A stretch of DNA of 64,000 bases from Octopus vulgaris (lineage: Eukaryota). Positions within the stretch are counted from its first letter, which is position 1; each line of letters opens with the position of its first letter. Positions 51,801 to 63,714 of this stretch are shown here, piece by piece. The stretch lies in the NCBI GenBank assembly GCA_951406725.2, contig OX597815.1, positions 187,054,001 through 187,118,000 on the forward strand, read 5' to 3'. The notes below the pieces were generated by a model. That model was given only the letters and a program-made list of their open reading frames with translations, ran no database searches and had not been told where the DNA came from. A program made the position numbers and the translations under genes.

Positions 51801-54086
51801 GGACTCTCCTACCTTTAACAAGAGATGACACAGGTGGTAGTTTCCCATATATTTGCATTAAATAAAACCAAGAAGAAGTTCCAGACACCCAGCTGAGTAC
51901 TTGACAGACACTGACTTTGCTGATGACGTCGCTCTTATCAGTGATTCTCTCTCCAATGCCCAGTCTCTTTTACAATCTCTTGAACAAGCCTCAAATTGTG
52001 TAGGTCTTTACCTTAATGAGGCCAAAACTGAATACATAAATAAGTGCCTGTCCAACAGTGATTGCATCATCCATACTCTCAACAATGCGCCCTTAAATAT
52101 GGTTTCTGATTATAAATATCTTGGGTCATACATATCATCAACAGCACAGTAGTGATTCCACCAGCTCGTCACCCTACACCAGCTTAGGAATGACAATTAT
52201 TTCATTAACTTCTTCGTTACTTTCAAAATTAATTTAAAACAAATGCAAACGATTTCAACAGAAATATGGTAACCAAAGGGTTAATCCATTGCCCAGTTTA
52301 ATTGTGTCATCTGACACTTGGATGCCTTTAAGAGAGACCGGTCAGTTGTGATCATTTGAGCCTGGCCTCCAGCTTGAAGATAGCTGCCTCTCTTCTTCTC
52401 ACTTGTCATACAGACTCTGAAAAAATAAGGACTTATAGACATTACTCTTCTTTTGCACAATAAATGTTTTTAAACATAACAACGTTCAATAACAGAAAGG
52501 TATAAGGCAGCGAGCTGGCAGAAACGTTAGCACGCCAGGCGAAATGCCTAGTGGTATTTCGGCTGCCGTTACGTTGTGAGTTCAAATTCCGCTGAGGTCG
52601 ACTTTGCCTTTCATCCTTTTGGGGTCGATAAATTAAGTACCAGTTATGCACTGGGGTCTATGTAATCGACTTAATACCTATGTCTGTCCTTGTTTGTCCC
52701 CTCTATGTTTAACCCCTTGTGGGTAATAAAGAAATAGGTATTTCGTCAGTCTTTATGTTCTGAGTTCAAATTCTGTCAAGGTTGACTTTGCCTTTCATCC
52801 TTTCAGGGATAATAAATTAAGTACCTGTTGTGTACTGGGGTCGATCTAATTGACTAGCCCCCTCCCCAAAAATTTCAGGTCTTATGCCTAGAGGAGAAAA
52901 GAATAAATAGTTTTAAAGAAAGCATCAAAGACTGTTCCTGAGATGATAACATGCTGGTCTGAAAAGCTAATTTTGATTGACTCAACCAGTTGATGCTCTA
53001 CTTGTCGGACCTTATAGCATGAAGATTAGATGGACACAGTATTGGCTTATAAATCTTTGATATATTTAGTGGTATATTATGGTTGTGTGGAGGCACGTGG
53101 CTTAGTGGTTAGGGTGTCACAATCATGATCGTAAGATTGTGGTTTTGATTCCTGGACCGGGCGACGCGTTGTGTTCTTGAGCAAAACACTTCATTTCACG
53201 TTGCTCCAGTCCACTCAGCTGGCAAAAATGAGTAACACTGCAATGGACTGGCGACCCGTCCAGCTGGGGAACACATACGCCATTGAAACCGGGAAACCGG
53301 GCCCATGAGTCTGGCCAGGCTTTAAAAAGGGTGCATTTGTTTTATATCATATTATGGTTGTATAACAAAATACCGTGTTCCCTACCAACAATTAAGATAT
53401 AGATCAATAAAATAGGTACCAGAATTAATGATGAATACTAGTGTCTGATCGATCAACTAAATCCTTGAATGTGGTGTCCCAGAGGAAGCTTTAGAAAGAA
53501 TCAGTTTCATGTCAGTAATGCTTCTTTTGTTCTCTTATTTGTTTCAGTCATTTGGCAGTGGCCATGCTGGAGCAACGCCTTAAGGGATTTAGTCGAACAA
53601 ATCGACCTCAAGAGTTATTCTTTGTAAGCCTAGTACTTATTCTGTTGGTCTCTTTTGCCAAACTGCTAAGTTATGGGGACATAAACACACCAACATCAGT
53701 TGTCAAGTGATGGTGAGGGGGACAAACACAAACACATAAACATATATAGATGTATAAAGGGTGACACTCTTTGGTCATGAATGACCATGGGATTGCACCT
53801 AGAAAGTTACCCTCCGAGGTACAAGTCCGAGCAAGTTTGTTTATGGAAGACTAGGAGTCACCCATGCATACCTGCCTCCCCTCTCCATGCCACTGATGTT
53901 ATCCAAAGGAAAGGTAAAGGCCAATACAGCTTGGCACCTGTGATGTTACAACTCATTTCTACAGATGAGTGAACTGGAGCAACGTGAAATAAAGTGTCTT
54001 GCTCAAGAACACAACATGCACCCCAGTCCAGGAATCAAACTCATAACCTCACAATCGTAAGCTCAATGCTCTAACCACTGAGCTAT

Positions 54087-54124
<38 letters not shown>

Positions 54125-56455
54125 ACAGGCTTCTTTCAGTTTCTGTCTACTGAATCCACTCACAAGGCTTTGGTCGGCCCAAGGCTATAGCAGACGACTT
54201 GCCCAAGGTGCCACACAATGGGACTGAACCCGGAGCCATGTGGTTAGGAAGCAAGCTTCTTATTTCTTATTTCTTTATTGCCCACAAGGGGCTAAACACA
54301 GAGGGGATAAACAAGGACAGACAAAGGAATTAAGTCGATTACATCGACCCCAGTGCGTAACTGGTATTTCGTTTAATGAACCCGAAAGGATGAAAGGCAA
54401 AGTCGACCTTGGCAGAATTTGAACTCAGAACATAATGGCAGACGGAATACCGCTGCACATTTCGCCCAGCGTGCTAACGTTTCTGCTAGCCTGCCTTCTG
54501 CGTGGTAAGAAGCAAGCTTCTTACCACACAGTTACACCTTTAGTACGCATGGAATTATTTGCATCTCTCAAAATAGTTGCCATTTTTTTTTCCTTTTTAA
54601 TTATGTTTGAAGTTTTAGCATTACGATCTTGGAAAAAAAAAACAAAAAAAAGAAGCAAAGTTGCAGAATTTGTTGTTAGCAAAAGTTATAAGTTTTGTAA
54701 ACAAATCTGTTTGTAAATGAGATTTGTAACTGATTTACAAATGCTGTTAACAGCATGGTCGCAGCCCACCGACAGAAACTAATAAATGTTTTGATATTCA
54801 CCTCCATTTCTGATCTACTTGAATAATATCCAGTCTGCAGGCATAATTTATACTTATTCTTATTTATTTATCATTTTTTAATGTTTTGTTACTCTTGGCA
54901 TCTTTTCAGTTCCAACAAAATTCCAGCTGATGTCATGCCAGGAAATCAACTATTTCCTGTCTAAGGTTTTTGGTTATTTTCCTGGTTTCCTGTTATTTCC
55001 TGCTGTTATTAAATAAAGCGGCTGAGTGTCGAGGTTTGTCATTGGCTCAAAGCAGTTTAGCTACATTCTACAGGATTTTATCAATGATTCGGATTTAGCT
55101 TAAGCAGTATAGGCTAAAATAAGCATTCATCAGTTACATAACATCCCATGGGTCAATGATGTAATTTCTTATTTCTTTATTGCTCACAAAGGGCTACACA
55201 TAGAGGGGACAAACAAGGACAGACAAACGAATTAAGTCGATTATATCGACCCCAGTGATTAACTGGTACTTATTTAATCGACCCCGAAAGGATGAAAGGC
55301 AAAGTCGACCTCTGCGGAATTTGAACTCAGAACGTAGCAGCAGACGAAATACCTATTTCTTTACTACCCACAAGGGGCTAAACAGAGAGGGGACAAATAA
55401 GGACAAGCAAACGGATTAAGTCAATTACATCGACCCCAGTGCGTAACTGGTACTTAATTTATCGACCCTCAAAAGGATGAAAAGCAAAGTCAACCTTGGT
55501 GGAATTTGAACTCAGAATGTAGCAGCAGACAAAATACTGCTAAGCATTTCACCCAGCGTGCTAGTGTTTCTGCCAGTTCGCCGCCTTAAATGATGTAATT
55601 TCTATGTGGTTGATCAACTTGCTAGAAATAACAACTAAATTTCCATGAAATTGTGCTGGTGTCACATGAAAATTACCCATGCTGGTGCCATGCAAAAAGC
55701 TTCTGCACTGATGCCACATGAAAAGCATCCACTACACTCTGTAAAGTGGTTAGCATTAGGAAGGGCATCCAGCCACAGAAACCATTTTTTTTTTTGCCAT
55801 CATATTCATGTATGTTTTTAGTTCAAATTAATTTTCTTTTAAATCATCATCATACATTAAGAATATGTATTTACATTATCTTCCAGTTTATTCATGGTGT
55901 TTTGAGTAATATCTACCTAATGAGATATTATTGATTAATGAGACTATGCATCAAGAATTCAAATATGTGTCTTGTAACATTTAGTAGATAAGAGTTAGAT
56001 CACACCTTGGATTAGTGCCAGTTTATTATAGATAACCCCAATCCTTTCCCCACTAAAAATTGAACTTGGTGCTCTCAGTCAATGAAATACTCACCAGTTC
56101 CATACTGCTACTGTTTAGAACAGACAGTTATTCCGCCTAGCTTACATGTATAATGCAATGTTTGAACCAGTTATTTGACAGCCCTACCTCTTGCTACCTC
56201 TTGCTCAGTCAAAAGGTCTTTGTCTTGTGGGCTTGTGGGTGCAGGTGTCCCATGAGAGCACCCATGCCAGTGCTACATAAAAGCACCCAGTACACTCAGT
56301 AAAGGGGTTGGCATTAGGGTGGGCATCCAGCTGTAGAAACTGTGCCAAAGCTGACAAGTGGAGCCTGGTGCAGTTCCCCAGCTGGCCAGCTCCTATCAAA
56401 CAGTCCAACCCATGCCAGCATGGAAAATGGATGTTAGATGATGATGTTGATGGCA

Positions 56456-56487
<32 letters not shown>

Positions 56488-59400
56488 GGTGGTGGTGGTG
56501 GTTGTTGTTGTTGTTGTTAAGCAACAAGATGTGAAAGGGTGATTAGACGATGGTCTAGGGCTTAGGGATGGGAGACCCCAGACCTTGGAAAAAAAAAAAA
56601 CTTTGGTTGTCTTGTTGTAGTCGAGGGCTCTTCGTTGACGCCCAACACCACTGGGAGGTGGCCCTCGAAGTCACTGGAAATGGAGATCTCCGGGTCCAAA
56701 TTCTTGAGTGGCTGGTGTTGGTGGTGGTGTTGGTGGTGGTGGTGGTGGCGGTGGTGATGATGAACAAGTTTCTCATTCTCCCTCATAAATTGATGTATTC
56801 TGAACCGAACAAAATAATTATTTTCCAGGACAAAATACTATGGATGATAATCTGTTTAAACGTTGAGTTTACTATGTTGAGATAGAGTGTGTATGCACTT
56901 GTCTCTATGTGTCTGTGACTGTGTTTCTGTAAAAATAGGATTACATATTTTCACTATAATTACAATTTCAAATAAAAAAAATATTATTAAGTGATATATG
57001 GGAAATGTAAATTTGCAATGCAATTAATTATTTAACTATTTCATAATAACTTGAAATATTTTATACATTAAAATATATAGTCATGTCATGGCACAGATTA
57101 AAATGTCAGAATTAATTTCATTTATTGAAGCTTTTTTTTTAAATTCTAAAAGGGAAAAAAAAATTTAATGAGCATTTCTACAACTGCAGTGTATTGATAT
57201 CAAAGTGAGTTTTTAATCTGTTGGTTTAATAAGGATTAGTAATTAATTAGTAGGATGGAAGTGATAAATGTATTTTTATTCATTTGTTGTTCCCAGATGA
57301 AAGACCGGAACATTTTGAAGTTGTAAATATTTTATGCAATCATTTCATCATTATTAATATCAATTAGGAGAATACATTTTCTAATTGTGCAACACAAAAA
57401 GTACTTGCACTTTGACTTATGGATCAAAAGCTTGTGTTTTATCAGAAGCATTGTTGTGCACCCTTGAGCAAGATCTCTACTCACATGTCTCCACTTGTTT
57501 TAATTACCAAGCAGTGAATTGTGTACTTCGTAGTAGAATGTCAAACTAACAATGTACAAATAGTTGCATAGGTTACAATTCTAAGGGAAAAATTCTATTA
57601 AATTATAATGATACAATAACATAAATGCGAAGAGAGGAATGTAGATATCCACATAGCCATTTCACCTTTTATAATTCCTAACTATACGATAATATGGTTT
57701 GAAACATTTTTTATGTTTCTTATCAAAATGATCTTTGAAGATCTAAGAGGGAATGGTAAATGGATTCTAACACCATGTGTTTTATAATCTGTACTATTCA
57801 ATGCATCAAAGAGACGTACTATTAGGCATGTGTGTGTATGCATGCATGTGTGTGTATGCATGTATGTATGTATTTGTGCGTATGTATATATGTATGTATG
57901 TGTGTATATTTGTATGTACGTATGTATTCTACCTGCATATTCATGTATTTGTGTGTCCATGTTTGTGTGTTTTTATGTGTGTATGTGTGTATTTGCATGC
58001 GCGCGTGTGTGTGTGTGTGTGAGTTTTTTGCTACTGTGTCTGTATGTATGGATATGTATCTCCATATATGTGGACGTGTGTCTCCATATGTGTCCTTGTG
58101 TGAAGTGAAGTGTGTGTGTGTATACATTTGGTCATGTGTTTCTGTCTTCATTTGTGTATGTGTGTATATGTATACTTATCTGTACCTATCCGTCTGTATG
58201 TCTATCGCTTTACATTCATATCCATATGTCTACCTACATGTGCATATGCATACACACACATACACACAACCACGCTCATAGATACACACATACATCTATC
58301 TACATAACAGCCCACTAACTATTCTACTCTACCTGTGGGTATGGGGGTATGATATCTACTACATATATTTATTTAGTATTGGGGATGTTCCATTTATAAA
58401 GACGTACTCTTGTATTTGTCTGAGTGTTGGGTCCTTTGGGTGCTTGGATAAAATGTGGATGTCAAGTTGAACTAGGGTGCTTCCATGATGGTCCTTGGCA
58501 TGTTGGTAGAGTATGGGAGACTGTTTTTTGTCGTCATATTATCTCAAATATTCATTTAGTCATTCTGCAATGCTCCTAGATGTCTCCCTATGTATATCAT
58601 GTTCATGTCTTTACAAGCGCCTTCTATGCATCTTATGCTGTAAACTACTTTTCTAGTTCTACAGTTAATGCCAGGGCTAATCCTACATACCTTGCAGTTA
58701 TCATTGGTGCATATGGTATTCTCATATGTATTTTGAAGGCGGCAAACTGGCAGAATCGTTAGCACGCCGGGCAAAATGCTTAGCGGTATTTAGTCTGCCG
58801 CTACGTTCTGTGTTCAAATTCCGCCGAGGTCGACTTTGCCTTTCATCCTTTCGGGGTCGATTAAATAAGTACCAGTTACGCACTGGGGTCGATATAATCG
58901 ACTTAATCCGTTTGTCTGTCTGTTTGTCTAGTTATCATTGGTGCATATGGTATTCTCAAAGGGGTACATCCTACATAGTTGTGATCTGACAGAGTTCCCT
59001 GGCTTTTCAACAATTTTAATGTTGTGTTTGGTCTCCTTCAGAGCTTTCCTAAATCTACGGGCTAGTTCTCTATGGGCTGTGGCCTCTATAAACATCACTC
59101 CTTGAAATTTGTCGGTTTTATACCACGTGTTCACCCTGTTTCCTTTGTCACAAGTTCTTTGTATCCTATTCCAGTCTTTGTTTCTATATCTAGAGCAGGT
59201 ACCACTGGTATCATTACATATAATGTTATCTAACTTCTTTCTAGCACTCCTGTATACTCAAACTCTATCTTTCTGATCATATCCAGAGAACTGCATGTGA
59301 TACATGAAGTTTTGTACATGTTTCTTCATTTCATAGGGTTTGCATAGTGGGGACACATTGTCCACTATCCTAACTAAGTCTGCCATCAGTATGTTAATTT

Positions 59401-61944
59401 TCATGTTGTGTGACAAAGGTGAGTTCTTGTTTAAATTTTGTAAAAATTTATAATGAACATTTTCATCTTAATTCTCAGGTTCGATATGATAATGTAGAAA
59501 TTGAACCAGGAATGACAATTACACCATCTCAGTCAAGAAATCCACCTCAAATATTATTTGATTCCCACCCAAGAGAGTATTATACACTCATAATGAACGG
59601 TAAGTAATATTATATTAAGTAATATTATTATTATAATAATAAAGGCAGTGAGCTGGCAGAATCGTTAGCATGCCGGGTGAAATGCTTAATGGTATTTCAT
59701 CTGCCGATACATTCTGAGTTCAAATTCCGCCGAGGCCGACTTTACCTTTCATTCTTTCGGGGTCGATAAATTAAGTACCAGTTACACACTGGGCTCAATA
59801 TAATCGACTTAATCCGTTTGTCTGTCCTTGTTTGTCCTCTCTGTGTTTAGACCCTTGTGGGTAGTAAAGAAATAGGTAAGTAATATTATATCTGAATAAG
59901 TAAGGCGAAGAACTGGCAAGATTGTTAGCAAGTGAAATACTAAGCAGCATTCCCTCTTTAACACTCCTGTCAAGGTCAGCTTTGTCTTTCATCCTTTCGG
60001 GGTTGATAAAATAAGTATCAGTTGAACACTGGGGTTGATGAAATCAACTTAACCCTGACCTCGAAATTGCTGGCTTTGCACCAAAATTTGAAAGTAGTAT
60101 TATATTTGAATAAAAACCTGTATAAATAAAAGATCCCAAGTCTTCAGTGGACCACTCAAGAACTGGTGCTCATCTCCAGTCGTATAATATTGAATTAGTG
60201 AGACACAAATCTTCTACCGAACAAGCTGTCAATCTACTGCAGATTTGGTATAGATTTACATTTCCAGAGGAACTGGCATTTATTTCTAACAGAATGGTAA
60301 TACCATCATCCAACAAGCTGGAGGCACTGAGTAATATTTAAATGTTTATTTGCAGGTAAGTTAATGAAATACACATCAACACTGTTGGAAAAATGGAATG
60401 GCATTGTAGAGTAACTTGATTTAAGCATTGACTTTGTGCTTTACATTGACGATTAAATACAGATAATGAGAAAAGAAAACTTTTCATAAAGATAATACAA
60501 AATACTAAACTTTAACATTTTCTTTTTTATGCTTTCATGGGTTAGACACAATTCATTAATTTCATTATTATAGAACATATATATCTGTTTCTTTATTGCC
60601 CACAAGGGGCTAAACATAGAGGGGACAAACAAGGACAGACAAACGGATTAAGTCGATTACATCGACCCCAGTGCGTAACTGGTACTTAATTTATCGACCC
60701 CGAAAGGATGAAAGGCAAAGTCAACCTCGGTGGAATTTGAACTCAGAACGCAACGACAGACTCAATACCGCTAAGCATTTCGCCCGGTGTGCTAACGTTT
60801 CTGCCAGCTCGCCGCCTTATATAGAACATATATATCAGCATCCGTCCGTCTCGAGAGACGATGGTGTAGCTCAGAAAAGGTGGGTTTATCTGCACTTCCT
60901 GGTGTGGCTGTGCAGACCAATCATCGAGTGGCAGTCTCTACCACATCTGGTGCAAGTGAAAGGGGACAAGAGCTGTGGTTGCTGCTGCTGCTCCTTTCGC
61001 CTGGTTCTCTTTAGTTTGGCAGTAGTGGTCCTCAGGTTCTCTGCTGTCATGGCACCGTGCTTTTGGGGTTGATAAATTAAGCACCAGGGAAACACTGGGG
61101 TTGATGTAATCGACTAGACCCCTCCCCCAAAATTTCATGCCTTGTGCCTTTAGCAGAAAGGATTGGGTGACACCTTTCGGTCATGAATGTCCATAGGATT
61201 GCACCTAGAAAGTTACCCTCCAAAGCACAAGTCCAGGCAAGGTTGTTTTACGGAAGACCAGCAGTCGCCCATGCATACCAGCCTCTCCTATCCATGCCAC
61301 TGATGTTATCCAAGGGGCCGATACAGCTTGGCACCAGTGACATTGCAACTCATTTCTACAGCTGAGTGAACTGGAGCAGTGTTAAATAAAGTGTCTTGCT
61401 GAAGAACTCAACACACAGCCCGGTCCAGGAATCAAACTCACAACCTAACGATTGCAAGCACGATGCTCTAACCACTGAGCCATGCACCTTCACACAGTAG
61501 AAAGGATTATCATTATTATTATTATTATTGCCTATTTCCACAGTTAGGTGTCCCTCCTCTCACCAAACACTATAAAAATTTATAAGAGCAATAACACTAT
61601 TTGAAAACAGGTATAGCATTTTGGCAGCGGGGTGTTTGTCCATATATGGTATTCTGAAATCATTTGATACAAAAATAAATTCCAGGGTCAAAAATTAAAA
61701 CATCAGAATTCCTTTTTTCAATAAAAAATAATGTCAAAGTTTTCTCTTCTATTTACTGTTAAATATTTTTCTCCATCTCTTTCCTTGTGTTGCAATTCAT
61801 AAACAGATCCAGATTCTCCGAGTCGAAATGATCCCAAGTTTAGTGAGTTTAACCATTGGCTTGTGGTCAATATCCGTGAAGGGGATGTCTCTAAAGGGGA
61901 GACGATGTCTGAATATGTTGGACCACTGCCGGCAAAAGGTTCAG
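45791..61944 (+). CDS. PEBP: PEBP/RKIP-family protein, tandem paralog (gene 2), 3'-partial; join(45791..45859,59479..59599,61807..>61944)
   Basis: Spliced frame: MEAFNTHGLVNRIVDRLPSKQLLVRYDNVEIEPGMTITPSQSRNPPQILFDSHPREYYTLIMNDPDSPSRNDPKFSEFNHWLVVNIREGDVSKGETMSEYVGPLPAKGSG. Exon lengths 69/121/138 and phases 0/1/1 are identical to gene 1; 64/110 aa identical by hand count; no stops or frameshifts. Exon 4 is not in the window. Confidence 0.92.
46018..47168. repeat. 96-bp tandem repeat, ~12 copies, in gene 2 intron 1
   Basis: Unit TGTGAGGATAAGCCAATGGTTCTCAACTGGCGTTCACATGACCCGTAGGGGCCTGTATAAGATTTTGTCGTTAAAATTTGTCTGAAATAATATGGT recurs every 96 bp (46019, 46116, 46212 ... 47076). Confidence 0.97.
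47088..47343. mobile_element. hAT (Charlie/MER5-like) MITE whose left end seeds the 96-bp array
   Basis: TIRs CAATGGTTCTCAAC ... GTTGAGAACCACTG; the last array unit continues into the MITE body. Confidence 0.7.
47435..48150 (+). mobile_element. CR1/L2-type LINE 3' remnant
   Basis: Degenerate RT-end peptides 'LQLDLD.MQQ...W...L.VDKCTIMHFGRKNP' and 'GH.YKVRKQ...DFRKHFF.LRV.E.*NKLP' across frameshifts. Confidence 0.6.
50217..50345 (+). mobile_element. 5'-truncated RTE-clade LINE tail with (AG)n end
   Basis: Translates 'DTGMDMASLKEAAQNRTDWRTLIQRVTENRLRLSG*'; 11-bp TSD GTTTACTAATC at 50206-50216 and 50346-50356. Confidence 0.75.
50897..51296. mobile_element. hAT-type MITE nested in piggyBac-like MITE 50738-51366
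   Basis: Ends CAGAGACATGC / GCACGTGACTG; 8-bp TSD ATCCAATC / ATCTAATC (50889-50896, 51297-51304). Confidence 0.65.
51572..52139. mobile_element. RTE-clade LINE insertion with 5' inversion
   Basis: The minus strand (51580-51888) encodes the RTE C-terminus (RRVQFAGHCCR...DREVWR) with a (GAT)n tail. The plus strand (51901-52139) encodes the RT core (DFADDVAL...VGLYLNEAKTEYI...YKYLGSYI). TSD AACAGCACAGT at 51561-51571 and 52140-52150. Confidence 0.85.
56621..56723 (-). ncRNA. Candidate minimal HDV-like ribozyme at the 5' end of a retroelement fragment
   Basis: Minus strand: P2 TCGAGGGC / GCCCTCGA, P3 ACC/GGT, L3 TCCCAGT, P1(3') GTTGGGC, then G-TCAA-C-GAA (J4/2). The P1(5') strand is only partly retained (CCAAC, at the edge of a (CCA)n tract). 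Confidence 0.45.
58380..59405 (-). mobile_element. Penelope-like element remnant (linker + GIY-YIG endonuclease), interrupted by a SINE
   Basis: Minus-strand peptides 'VMFIEATAHRELARRFRKALKETKHNIKIVEKPGNSVRSQL' and 'CKVC...NCRTRKVVYSIRCIEGAC...IYIG', typical of PLE endonucleases; boundaries approximate. Confidence 0.75.
59479..59599 (+). CDS. PEBP: PEBP gene 2, exon 2
   Basis: Acceptor TCTCAG ending 59478; donor GTAAGT at 59600; VRYDNVEIEPGMTITP...YYTLIMN. Confidence 0.92.
60586..60819 (-). mobile_element. tRNA-derived SINE family A (Nin-domain-like), representative full copy
   Basis: GGCGGCGAGCTGGCAGAAACGTTAGC...GAGTTCAAATTCC...GCCTTTCATCCTTTCGGGGTCGATAAA...; 17-bp TSD TATAGAACATATATATC (60569-60585, 60820-60836). 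Other copies at approx. 277-470, 4801-5023, 15121-15525, 20508-20728, 22867-23260, 28529-28762, 29670-30340 (x3), 41904-42134, 43529-43940, 52506-52900, 54262-54495, 55167-55588, 58738-58927, 59643-59875. Confidence 0.85.
60838..61035 (-). mobile_element. RTE/BovB-like LINE 3' end with terminal C2H2 zinc finger
   Basis: 'FTCTRCGRDCHSMIGLHSHTRKCR*' followed by a short 3'UTR (catcgtctctcgagacggacggatgc). Confidence 0.65.
61807..61944 (+). CDS. PEBP: PEBP gene 2, exon 3
   Basis: Acceptor AACAG ending 61806; donor GTTAGT at 61945; DPDSPSRNDPKFSEFNHWLVVNI...YVGPLPAKGSG. Absent from the ORF track. Confidence 0.92.
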
Positions 61945-62509
61945 GTTAGTATCAGAATTTTAATATATATCAGTGCAATATTCTAATATAATGTAGTATG
62001 GTACCATATGGTACCTACGTCAGTGGTGTGGTACAATATGGTACCTACACTTGACATAGAGGTTTCTTTTACTTTGGCTGTGACCTAGACATATTGTAAA
62101 CACTATTCATAACTAAATAACCAGTTTCAAACAGTTGGACCCAGAAGAAATGAATTGCAATATCAACTTCACTGTTATTTGAACTCAGAAATGTAAGTCA
62201 TGAAATTTTAATGAAGTATACAAATGAACCCAGGTGCCACTTATAAGCACCCAGTCCACACTGTAAAGTGGTTGGTGTTCGGAAGGGTATCCAGCAGTAA
62301 AAACCTTGCCAAAACTGACCTCACCTGTGCTTGTGCCATGTAAAAAGCACTAAGTCCACTCTGCTGAGTGGTTGGTGTTAGGAAGGGCATCCAGCTGTCA
62401 AAATCCTGCCAAAACAGTCACAGAAGTCTGGTGCAGGCTTCGGCCCGGCTGGCTCTTGTGGTACTGTCCCACCCATGCTAGCATGGAAGGCGGACATTAA
62501 ACGATGACA

Positions 62510-62545
<36 letters not shown>

Positions 62546-63536
62546 CTCTGTTGTATCATTGGCGGTTGTCTTTCAAAGCTTGACATTGATTGGTGCAGTT
62601 TATTATCCTCAGTGTCCTCATCGTTATAATTAAGGAATTTGACCATTAACATTCCATGTAAATAAATCACTTGCTCCACTCATCTCATACGCACGCATGC
62701 ACACATATACGCACTACATACACATATACATACATACATACATACATACCTATATTCATCATTTAAATATTTATGAGCATGTCTAGATATGCAATTATAT
62801 GCATGAGAATACATACATAAAGCAAAACATACAAATCTGCACATAAACATACATACAAACATACATGCATACATACATACATACATACATACATACATAC
62901 ATACATACATACATACATACATACATACAAAAATACCATATTGTTGACGATGAAATTCCAATGAAGGAGCCTTGGATCTAGGTTAGAAACTGGTTCTGTT
63001 TTAGCAAGAAATCTTGAAATAAAACTGAACAATGACATACATACACACATGCATGCATGCATACATACATATATACATACATACATACATGCATGCATAC
63101 ATACATACATGCATACATACATACATGCATACATACATACATACATGCATGCATACATACATACATACATGCATACATACATACATACATGCATGCATAC
63201 ATACATACATAAGAGCACTCCGTCGGTTGTGACGATGAGGGTCCCAGCCGATATGATCAATGGAACAGTTTGCTCGTGAAATTAATGTGCAAGTGGCTGA
63301 GAACTCCACAGACACGTGTACCCTTAATGTACTTCTCGGGGAGATTCAGTGTGACACAGTGTGTGACAAGGCTGGCCTTTAGAAATACAGGTACTGCTCA
63401 TTTTTGCCAGCTGAGTGGAATGGAACAACGTGAAATAAAGTGTCTTGCTCAAGGACACGATGTGCCACTAGGAATTGAACTCACGACCTTACAATCATGA
63501 GCTGAAAGCCCCTAACCACTAAGCCACATGCCTTCG

Positions 63537-63714
63537 CATACATACATACATACATATGTATTACGTACATATAAGATGGATGACAGCTACGTGGACAACC
63601 CTTATGCTAGAAGTAGATCTGTTAAGACCATAATGGATCTACTTCTAGCATAAGGGTTGTCCACGTAGTGGTCATCCCTCTTATATGTATGTAATACATA
63701 TGTATGTATGTATG
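63537..63714. repeat. Imperfect palindrome (~85-bp arms), gene 2 intron 3
   Basis: ctacgtggacaacccttatgctagaagtagatc [spacer] gatctacttctagcataagggttgtccacgtag, with (CATA)n/(TATG)n ends. Confidence 0.9.
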
